From contig OZ219747.1 of the NCBI GenBank assembly GCA_964291265.2, positions 1,088,001 to 1,152,000 of the forward strand: a DNA stretch of 64,000 nt. The letters run 5' to 3'. The notes under the pieces were generated by a model. The model ran no database searches and had not been told where the DNA came from. It worked only from the letters and a program-made list of their open reading frames with translations. A program made the translations under genes and the position numbers. Of the stretch, positions 29,332 to 37,767 are shown piece by piece (position 1 is the stretch's first letter; every line of letters begins with the position of its first letter). The stretch is from Alphaproteobacteria bacterium (lineage in GTDB: Bacteria > Pseudomonadota > Alphaproteobacteria > SP197).

Positions 29332-29805
29332 TCAGTGGTCCTTGGCGCGGAAGACCGAGTGACACCCGCCACACCCGTCGCGTCCAAGGGCCTCGAAGGC
29401 TGCAGACTGCGAGGCGTCATCTCCCGAAGCCAGCGCCGTCTCGAGCATGGCCGCCCGCTCTCCCAGGAGCTGCGACGCCATCTCGAAGTCCGACCAGTTT
29501 TCCCAGATGGCATCGAGAGCGCCGGTTCGGGGAAGGGCATCGATGCCGGTCCCCGGAGGAAAGAGTGGTGGAATGGCCGTTGCGGCCTCCTTCAGGACAA
29601 CGGTTGCGGCCAGCGCCTCGCCGGCATCGTTGCGGCCGGACAGGAAGCCCTTGATGGTCCGCATGGACATTCCGAGCTCCTTCATGAGCACATGGCGTTC
29701 CTCGCTCAGTCTCCCGGCCTCCCCGAGGCTGACGGTGTCCTCTCCTGACCAGGCCGCGGAGCCCAGCATGATACTGACAACCATCGCCAGGATGATCGTA
29801 CGCAT
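29332..29805 (-). CDS. Cytochrome c' (class II)
   Basis: Signal peptide, LFPPGT, IWENW.DF, C-terminal CGGCH. Confidence 0.88.
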   Translation of the reverse strand: MRTIILAMVVSIMLGSAAWSGEDTVSLGEAGRLSEERHVLMKELGMSMRTIKGFLSGRNDAGEALAATVVLKEAATAIPPLFPPGTGIDALPRTGALDAIWENWSDFEMASQLLGERAAMLETALASGDDASQSAAFEALGRDGCGGCHSVFRAKDH

Positions 29806-30082
29806 GTCCGGTTCCTCCTTGTCGTGGATGCGCAAGAGACTGGAACAGGTTGCCCGGGCCCTGCAAGTCCCGAACTTGTGGTGGACCCGAATCCGACCTC
29901 CAGCGGTGCGACACGGACGTCACGAGCCCGGGTCCGGGACCAGGGCGGGACTTGACCCGGTATCCCGATTGCGTGAATCGTGAGGCTTGTCAGGGCCACG
30001 GAGTCATGAACAAGACGGCCGACACGACCCCGGGCCATGGGCCCCGGCCAGCGGTGATTCGACAGGGCAGGGAGGTGCAGCA

Positions 30083-31543
30083 ATGAGCAGAGGCAGCACT
30101 GTCTTCGCTCTGATCGTTTCCGTGTCGCTCATCGTTGCGGCAGGCGTGCTCAACATGCTGGCAAGGCAGGGCGGCGAAGCGCTGCTCGCCGATGCGGTGG
30201 TGATGGCAACCGAGATTCGCGATGGCATGGAGGAGTCGGGGCCGTCGGCTGTCGACGGATCCCTCGAAACGATGTCTCGGTTGGTGGCAACCCTCGAGTC
30301 CGTTCCTGACCTTGCCGCCGAAATCGCGGGTGGCGTCGTTGCGTTGAGGGAGGGATTGCAACAGAGAGTTCTCGCGGCCGCTGACCTCCTTGATGCGGAA
30401 GCGGTGCTCATGCAGGCGATCGATGCCTGGACGTCGGCGGTTGAATTGGCGGCCGGCGAATCCGGAAGCAGGGCGGCGGAACTGGCCGGGCTCGTGGAGG
30501 GTATGGACCGGTATCTTGCCGGGACCGGATCCGCTCCGCCCCTTGATGCCGTACGTTCCCATGGCGATGTGACTCTTGTCGCGGCAGCTCGCAGGCTGAT
30601 GGCCGACAAGCGCACTCTTGATGAGCTGCATCGGGGGCTGACTGTCGACAGGCTGGTCGATGTTGCCGAGCAGCTTGTCATGTCCCTGGAGAACGAGCGT
30701 GCCAGCCGTGCGCTTGCCGTGCGCAGCTATGACGATGGTACGGTTGCTGCCCTCGGTGCTCTGGTGCTCTTCTGGGTTCTGCTTGGCATCCGCGGACGCC
30801 GCTGCAGCGAGCCAGTGCAACAGGCCGCGGATCCGGGAAGGGAAAGGCTGTTTTTCCGCGGTACGGCGGCGGCGGTGACGGTGCGGGCCCAACGCCTCGC
30901 TTCGCACACCAATGCTCTCAGACAGTCCCGCCAGAGACTTGGCAACGCCATCGCGGAGGCAGGACTCGACCGGTCGCTCCATGACGATGCTCCCCTTCAT
31001 CGGGAGGTCGAGGCGATGGACGATCATCTCGCCATGCTGCGCAACGAAGCAGGTGAGCTGTCGGCCTTGGGCAAGCGCCTGTGGACTCTCGTCGGGGAGG
31101 CGGAGCCACCAGCGCCGGCGGTCAGTATCAACGCGTGCATCGGAGAAGCTCTCGAGGCGATCAGTGCAGGCCACCGGACTCCCGTCGTGACGGAACTTGC
31201 CGATGTCGGAGATGTCAGGGGTGTGGCATCCGATATTGTCCTCGCCCTGACCGCCATTCTCGAAGGTATCCTCACCGCCCCCAGGGAATCGGGACCTGGA
31301 CACGGCGCCGTTCGCGTCTTCACCACGGCCGGTGATGATCAGGTGCATGTCACCATCACCGGAGGTGCTCCCCTTCCGCGGTTCTCGGAACATACGTTCA
31401 GGCCATGCGGCGCCTCCCACGAACTGGCGCTGGCCGTCGCTCTTCTCAGGCGCCATGGCGGACGTGTGACCCTGGGTTCATCCACCGCCGGAGAAGCCCC
31501 GGTACGCATATCCCTTGCCGCGGCATCGGGAGATCAGACATGA
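30083..31543 (+). CDS. Membrane sensor with degenerate histidine-kinase-like C-terminus
   Basis: Two TM helices around a helical domain; HATPase-like pattern (INACI..AL, V.VTIT, LRRHGG.V) without H-, N- or G-boxes. Confidence 0.55.
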   Translation: MSRGSTVFALIVSVSLIVAAGVLNMLARQGGEALLADAVVMATEIRDGMEESGPSAVDGSLETMSRLVATLESVPDLAAEIAGGVVALREGLQQRVLAAADLLDAEAVLMQAIDAWTSAVELAAGESGSRAAELAGLVEGMDRYLAGTGSAPPLDAVRSHGDVTLVAAARRLMADKRTLDELHRGLTVDRLVDVAEQLVMSLENERASRALAVRSYDDGTVAALGALVLFWVLLGIRGRRCSEPVQQAADPGRERLFFRGTAAAVTVRAQRLASHTNALRQSRQRLGNAIAEAGLDRSLHDDAPLHREVEAMDDHLAMLRNEAGELSALGKRLWTLVGEAEPPAPAVSINACIGEALEAISAGHRTPVVTELADVGDVRGVASDIVLALTAILEGILTAPRESGPGHGAVRVFTTAGDDQVHVTITGGAPLPRFSEHTFRPCGASHELALAVALLRRHGGRVTLGSSTAGEAPVRISLAAASGDQT

Positions 31544-33531
31544 AGGCGTTGCGCTTTCGGGTTCGCAACTATCGCAACATCGGGGACAGCGGCTGGGTGA
31601 CGCTCGACCCGGTCACGGTCCTTGTCGGACGCAACGAGTCGGGCAAGACCTCCCTTCTCAAGGCACTCAACAAGTTCAATCCCGGCACGGCGGAAGCCTA
31701 TGACGCTCAGCGCGAGTTTCCGCGAGACCGCTATACGCGCGACTACGTCCTGGCTGGTTCAACGGGTGCGGAGTGGCCGGTCTGTTCCATCGAGTTCGAG
31801 ATTCCGGTACAGCAGAAGAACGATATCGCGATCCTCCTGGGTCCGGACCGGGCAGCGCCCGAGACAGTTACCGTCACGCGCCACTACGACGGCTCTCTTG
31901 GTTTTTCCTACATGCCGCAGATCGGAGCCAAGCCGGCACAGCCAGTTCCCCTGATGGAGGTCCTTGAGGGCTTGACACTTGCGGACGACTCGCCACGCCT
32001 GAGTGCATGGACCAGCGAGTGGCACGACCGGTTCGCCGGGCTTGATGACGTCACGAGCGCCACCGGCCGGGCCCTGCTCACCGAAATCGACGAAGAGATT
32101 TCGGGGTTCGATGATGAACGGCTGAGCGCTCTTGGTGCTGTCGTTGCCGCCATGCTGCGGATGCCCTTCGGGAACAGGGTGATCGATCATGTCAACGCCC
32201 TGGTCGAACGCGAACTGCCACGTTTCCTCTACTTCGAGAACTACGGCGTACTCGACAGCGCCATCTGGCTGCCGGAGATGTTCAGGAACCTTGAACGCGA
32301 AGAACCGGAGCCACGTTCCAGAACGGCGCTTGCCCTCTTCCGCCATGCGGGCCTGGACCCCCGGGAAATCGTGGCACTCGGCGTCACGGACAACAGGGTA
32401 TCGGGCGAGGCGATGCAGCGCCAGATGGAGGAGCGGGCCATCCGGCTCAATGCCGCATCGGTCGACATCAGCCGCCGCTGTGCCGAACTGTGGTCGCAGC
32501 GGCGCCATCGCATCCGCTATCACGTGGACGGAGACTATTTCCGCATCAAGGTCGCTGACGATTCACTGGAGGATGTGGAGATCGAACTGGAGTCCCGCGG
32601 CAAGGGCTTCCAGTGGTTCCTCTCCTTCTTCCTCGTCTTTGCCGCGGAGTCCGGGGGCCGCATGGGTGATACCATCGTCCTCCTGGACGAGCCCGGTCTC
32701 AGCCTTCACCCGACGGCACAGCGTGAACTGCTGGTGTTCTTCGAGCGTCTGTCCGCACAGAACCAGGTCATCTACACGACACATTCGCCGTTCCTTATCG
32801 ACGGTGATCACCTTGAACGAGTGCGTCCGGTGTTCGAGGACGACACGGGACATGCCCGCATCCTCAGGGGTTCATGGCCCGCCCATCCGGAAACGGTCTT
32901 CGCACTCAAGGCGGCCGCCGGGTATGCAATGTTCGATTCCCTGACGGAACAGGGCCGATCACTGCTTGTCGAACATGTCAGCGATGCCTGCTACCTGGAG
33001 GCGTTGCTGCAGCATTGCGCCCGGACCGGGAGGAGTGCGCTTGACGCATCCTTCGACGTGGTGCCCTGCGGCGGTGCGGCTGTGTGCGGCTACCTGGCAT
33101 CGCTTCTCATGGCCGAGAACCGTCGTCCCCTGATTCTCTTCGACGGCACCGACACCGCGCGTCTTCGCCGACATGGGCTGGTGCGGGAACTTCTTGACGA
33201 GGGAGACAGTTCGATCGTTCTTCTCGACGAGGCCCTTGGCTGGTCCGGGCATGACGTGTGTCTCGAGGACCTGTTCGGAGAGCGCATCATTCTCGAAGGC
33301 CTCGGAAGCGCGATCGGCATCCGCCTGTCGCTCGGTGAAGACGGACATCAGGCCAGCCTCGTCGGTCGCATCGAGAGCGCGGCGGCGGCAGCGAATGTCG
33401 CGCTGCCCCGTTCCTGGCGGCTGTCGACGGCCCTGGCGGTAACGTCTTCACAGGACTGCCTGCCGGACGACGTCCTCGATTCGGCCTCGCTTCTGTTCAC
33501 GAAGCTTGCCGGTGACGGCACGGGGCGGTGA
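31540..33531 (+). CDS. OLD-family-like ABC ATPase with TOPRIM-like C-terminus
   Basis: GRNESGKT (Walker A), GFQWFLSF, LLDEPG (Walker B), TTHSPF, LLVE..SD; ATGA overlap with upstream gene. Confidence 0.8.
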   Translation: MKALRFRVRNYRNIGDSGWVTLDPVTVLVGRNESGKTSLLKALNKFNPGTAEAYDAQREFPRDRYTRDYVLAGSTGAEWPVCSIEFEIPVQQKNDIAILLGPDRAAPETVTVTRHYDGSLGFSYMPQIGAKPAQPVPLMEVLEGLTLADDSPRLSAWTSEWHDRFAGLDDVTSATGRALLTEIDEEISGFDDERLSALGAVVAAMLRMPFGNRVIDHVNALVERELPRFLYFENYGVLDSAIWLPEMFRNLEREEPEPRSRTALALFRHAGLDPREIVALGVTDNRVSGEAMQRQMEERAIRLNAASVDISRRCAELWSQRRHRIRYHVDGDYFRIKVADDSLEDVEIELESRGKGFQWFLSFFLVFAAESGGRMGDTIVLLDEPGLSLHPTAQRELLVFFERLSAQNQVIYTTHSPFLIDGDHLERVRPVFEDDTGHARILRGSWPAHPETVFALKAAAGYAMFDSLTEQGRSLLVEHVSDACYLEALLQHCARTGRSALDASFDVVPCGGAAVCGYLASLLMAENRRPLILFDGTDTARLRRHGLVRELLDEGDSSIVLLDEALGWSGHDVCLEDLFGERIILEGLGSAIGIRLSLGEDGHQASLVGRIESAAAAANVALPRSWRLSTALAVTSSQDCLPDDVLDSASLLFTKLAGDGTGR

Positions 33532-34160
33532 ACGGCAGATTCGCCGTCACATAGGCACCTGCGGCCACTTCGGAACTGGCCCGATTCGCCGCCAGCTGGC
33601 TGGGAGAGGAGGCCGCTTGTGTTCCCGGCCTCCCGCAGGCTCTCCACCGTGACATCGTCCGCATTCCCCGCGCTGATGGATTTCATGCCACGCTGAAGGC
33701 CTCGCTCATTCCCGCCCCGGGCACCACCGCAGATGCCCCGCCTCGGCGACGCTTCCCTGGCGGCGGACTTCACCGCATTCCGGGCACCGTCGCTGAACCT
33801 CGCCAGTGTCGGCGGGTTCCTCGTCCTGGTGCTGCGTGGGTCCTGCCTGGCCATGAGTGATCTGGCGAAGGCGTGCGTGCCGGAACTCGACCACTTCCGC
33901 GCGCCGCTGGCCGACAGCGAACGGAAACGCCGTCGACCGCAAGGCCTGACAGCGCGCCGGGTCTATCCCTTTGTCCTCGACGAACTCCGCTTTCACATGA
34001 CGCTGATCCGGCGTCTCGATGAGGACCTGCGCGCCCGCATCGCCGGCCTGCTGGGATAGCGGATGGCAGGCGTCGTCGGGCAGGATTGGTGTTGTCGACT
34101 GAGTCTCCTCTTCCACCAGGCATCGCGCGACGAGCCCTTCACCATGAAGGCACGCTTTCA
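33528..34160 (+). pseudogene. DUF1045 (phosphonate-associated) remnant
   Basis: RFAV.*AP...ASWLG, GFHATLK, LDHFRAP, YPFVLDE.RFHMTL with stop and frameshifts. Confidence 0.7.
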
Positions 34161-34829
34161 CCTTGGACAGCCCGGGAGGTGACGAGTCGCTCAGGTTGCA
34201 GCATCGTCGTCACGCTCAGTGTGTGGTCAGCCTTCAGTGCAGGGCAGCGGGAAGAACCCGAGCAACATCAGACAGCGTTGCGGGACTGTCTTGTTGCTCC
34301 GTCGATTCCTGATGACGGGAAGCCGGAATTGAATCCACTCCCGGTTGAAAATCGGCAGTTTGACGACTGCCTATCTGACAAGAGATCGGAGACGCTGTCC
34401 CATGCAAGGCCTCCCCATGCGCAACATGAGGCACGCCGAAACCCTTCCGGAGTCCGCGCCGTCATCAGGCAGGTCGACGGAAGGCTCCACTCCTCGTGGC
34501 GGTGAACGCGGCGCATGTCAGCCAGGCGTTATGCGGAGTGCAACAACGGCGGATGCCGCCCCGCGTCCGTCGCAGACGACTTTCACATGCGTGGCCTCTT
34601 GGCCATGCGGCCCGCAACATCAGGTGTCGGGGAGAGGCGCCTGCACGGGACAAGGAGCGTTGCGGTCAGGCACCCCGATGATCCGCGAAACGGATCGGAT
34701 CCTGGCGGCATGAGCCTTTCAGTCAAGGACAAGTCCCATAACCCGGGTCTCATCCGCCGATACCGCGAGCATTTCGACCCGGTCGGTCTCGGAGCGGACC
34801 TTGTCGATCAGGTGATCCGGCGAGGCCGT

Positions 34830-34858
34830 TTGCATTGACTCCGTGAAACGGCTATAAG
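34830..34858 (+). promoter_or_regulatory. Candidate sigma70 promoter
   Basis: TTGCAT-N17-TATAAG upstream of ATG 34901; GAAAC-TTC-GTTTC palindrome just downstream. Confidence 0.4.
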
Positions 34859-34900
34859 CATCAACGGCAGGAAACTTCGTTTCATCAGAGGAAACAAGCC

Positions 34901-35812
34901 ATGTGTGGAATTGCCGGTATCCTGTTGAAGAATGAGGCCAGTGGAATCGATGCCGGCACGGCGCTGATCGACATGCTCGACGGCTGTCAGCACCGGGGCC
35001 CGGACTCCACGGGTTTCGCCCTCTACGAGAGCGGCGAGCAGGGCCAGCTGAAACTGCGGTTTCATGTCGGTTCCGACAACGAGGCGGGAGACGCCATCGC
35101 CGCCCTGAAGGAGGTCTTCGACGAACACGGCGCCAGGGTGATCGAGGAAGGGCGCATCGCCGGCAGCTATCGCGTCGTGGTGCGTTTCAGCGGTGATCTG
35201 CAGAAGTTCTCATACGCCGTGGAACACGCTGCCAAGGTGGTGTCGATCGGAGAGAGCCTGGAGATCGTCAAGGATGTCGGCGGCGCCCATGACGTCGATG
35301 ACACCTATGACGTCCACCAGTTCAGGGGCTCGCACGGTCTCGGACATGTGCGCCTTGCCACCGAATCGGATGTCAAGCCGGAGGCCTCGCACCCGTTCTG
35401 GGCCACCGGGTTTGCCGATGTCGCGATTGTCCACAACGGGCAGATCACGAACTACTGGAAGATGCGCCGGCGCCTCGAGCGCCGCGGCTTCGCTTTCGCG
35501 ACGGACAACGACAGTGAACTCATCGCCGTCTATCTCGCCGACAAGCTGAACCAGGGGGTTCCCCTGAAGGACTCGCTCGCCTCGACCATCGACGACATGG
35601 ACGGGACGTTCTCGTTCCTCGTGTCGACCCGTGACGAGATTGGCTATGCGAAGGACCGGCTTGCCGCAAAGCCGATGATCATGTTCGAGAACGACGATCT
35701 CATTGCCATTGCCTCGGAAGAGGTCTCGCTCAACCGCCTGTTCCCGGGCCGCGCGCTTGATACCCGTGAACCGCCTCCGGGAAGCTACAGCACATGGTCA
35801 CGATCGATCTGA
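34901..35812 (+). CDS. Class II glutamine amidotransferase (GlxB/MgsA-like)
   Basis: MCGIAG, HRGPDS.G, GHVRLATES, HNGQITN, DNDSE. Confidence 0.85.
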   Translation: MCGIAGILLKNEASGIDAGTALIDMLDGCQHRGPDSTGFALYESGEQGQLKLRFHVGSDNEAGDAIAALKEVFDEHGARVIEEGRIAGSYRVVVRFSGDLQKFSYAVEHAAKVVSIGESLEIVKDVGGAHDVDDTYDVHQFRGSHGLGHVRLATESDVKPEASHPFWATGFADVAIVHNGQITNYWKMRRRLERRGFAFATDNDSELIAVYLADKLNQGVPLKDSLASTIDDMDGTFSFLVSTRDEIGYAKDRLAAKPMIMFENDDLIAIASEEVSLNRLFPGRALDTREPPPGSYSTWSRSI

Positions 35813-37767
35813 AGGACCTGTCGACCCGCGAAGCCAACGAGGGCATTCGCGAGGCGGCGGCCAGGGGCTCCGCCATCGAGGTTCTCAACCCCGATGCACG
35901 CCATCATATCGGTGTCGGTGTCATCCATGCGGTTGACATTCATGTCCGTGGCTCGGCCGGATACTTCTGCGCCGGACTGACAGACACCCCCCGCTTTCAC
36001 ATCGAACGAAACGCCGGCTGGGGACTGGCCGACAACATGTACCGGGGATCTGTCGTCGTCGGCGGCAACGCCGGCGCCATAGCCGGAGTGGCGATTCGCG
36101 GCGCCGAGGTTGTGATCAAGGGCAACATGGGATCACGGGCCGGGCAGGTCATGAAGAAGGGAACGTTGCTGTGCTGCGGCAACGCCAGTTTCATGGCCGG
36201 TTACATGATGTATGGCGGGCGCATGATCATTCTCGGTAAATCGGGCGAGCGCCTCGGTGAGGACATGACGGGAGGAGAGATCTTCCTTGGCGGTGACCTG
36301 GTGTCACTGGGATCCGATGCCATGGTCACCGATATCGCGGAAGACGAGATCGACGACATCAGGGCCTTCCTCGACCGCCATGAAGTTCCCTTCCGGGGCC
36401 GTTTCCGCAAGATCGTGAATGCCGGAAAGAAGTTGCGCTACGGTACGCCGGAACAACAGGTGCGTTCGATTCCCTACTTTCATTTTTCCGGCGACAGCGA
36501 CTACTGGAATCACAAGGTCCAGGAAGACGTCTACATCAAGTCCCAGATCGGCCGCTACCGGGTGAGGGGATACGGTGGCGCCCGCGAACTGCCGCACCTG
36601 GCGGATCTCGCCTTCGCCAGGGACATCGTTCCTGGTGCCGTCGGCGACGATCCGGTCTCCAGGGTCAGGATGCACACGCTGGTCGGCGGCAAGAACGGCG
36701 CCAGACCCCTTGATCTGACGATGCCCGTTCTCATCGCTCCCATGAGCTACGGTGCCCTCTCCCGGTCCGCCAAGCAAGCGGTCGCCATCGCCTCGGGCAT
36801 GGCGGGAATCGCGGAGAACACCGGGGAAGGCGGCATGAGCGATGCCCAGCGCGATGCGGCAGGCCAGCTCATCTTCCAGATGCTCGGTGGCCGTCTTGGC
36901 TGGAACATCCACGACATGAACCGGGCGGATGGCCTGGAGATCTATATTTCCCAGGGCGCCAAGCCGGGGTTCGGCGGTCAGCTCATGGCCAAGAAGGTGA
37001 CGAAGGAGCTGGCCGAGATCCGCGGCATTCCGGCTGGCATCGACCTTCGCTCACCGTCTCGCCATCCCGACATCCTGGGTGCCGACGATCTTGTCATCAA
37101 GGTCGAGGAATTGCGCGAGGCGACGGGCTACCGCCTGCCGGTCAGCGTCAAGCTGGGGGCAGGGCGGATTCACGACGACATCAAGATTGCCGTCAAGGAC
37201 GGCTTCGATTTTGTCGAGCTCGACGGCATGCAGGGCTCCACCGGAGCCGGGGGTGCCGAGGTGATGGAGTATGTCGGCATCCCGACCATTTCTGCCATCT
37301 GCGAGGCGGAACGCGCCCTTGCGTCCATAGGGCGCCGCCAGGACATCGAGATCGTCCTCATGGGTGGGCTGAGAGACGGGGTCGACGCCGTCAAGGCGAT
37401 GTGTCTGGGGGCCGACGCCGTGGCGCTGGGGACTGCCGCCATCATCGCCGGTGGCTGCATCGCCTGCATGCAGTGTCATGTCGGCCAGTGTGTCACCGGT
37501 ATCGCCACCCAGGATCCGGACCACGAGAAGCGCTACAAGCCCGAGGTCGAGGCGCAGCACATCTACACCTTCCTGGAAAGCGTGCGCTGGCAGATTGCGG
37601 CCGTCACCCATGGTCTGGGATATGATGATGTACGCGGTCCCTGCCGCGATGATCTCGTGGCTCTCACGCCCGAGGCGGCCGAGATCACCGGCCTTCCTCT
37701 GCGTCCCGAACGCCGGAATGCGGGGTTCCCCGAAATCGATGCCGCGATGGAACGGGCTCTTCGATGA
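35794..37767 (+). CDS. GXGXG (GlxC/MgsB-like) fused to FMN-binding glutamate synthase domain (GlxD/MgsC-like)
   Basis: GSAGYF/GNAG repeats, then MSYGALS, TGEGG, SQGAKPG.GG, RSPSRHPD, CIACMQCHVGQC. Confidence 0.85.
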   Translation: MVTIDLKDLSTREANEGIREAAARGSAIEVLNPDARHHIGVGVIHAVDIHVRGSAGYFCAGLTDTPRFHIERNAGWGLADNMYRGSVVVGGNAGAIAGVAIRGAEVVIKGNMGSRAGQVMKKGTLLCCGNASFMAGYMMYGGRMIILGKSGERLGEDMTGGEIFLGGDLVSLGSDAMVTDIAEDEIDDIRAFLDRHEVPFRGRFRKIVNAGKKLRYGTPEQQVRSIPYFHFSGDSDYWNHKVQEDVYIKSQIGRYRVRGYGGARELPHLADLAFARDIVPGAVGDDPVSRVRMHTLVGGKNGARPLDLTMPVLIAPMSYGALSRSAKQAVAIASGMAGIAENTGEGGMSDAQRDAAGQLIFQMLGGRLGWNIHDMNRADGLEIYISQGAKPGFGGQLMAKKVTKELAEIRGIPAGIDLRSPSRHPDILGADDLVIKVEELREATGYRLPVSVKLGAGRIHDDIKIAVKDGFDFVELDGMQGSTGAGGAEVMEYVGIPTISAICEAERALASIGRRQDIEIVLMGGLRDGVDAVKAMCLGADAVALGTAAIIAGGCIACMQCHVGQCVTGIATQDPDHEKRYKPEVEAQHIYTFLESVRWQIAAVTHGLGYDDVRGPCRDDLVALTPEAAEITGLPLRPERRNAGFPEIDAAMERALR

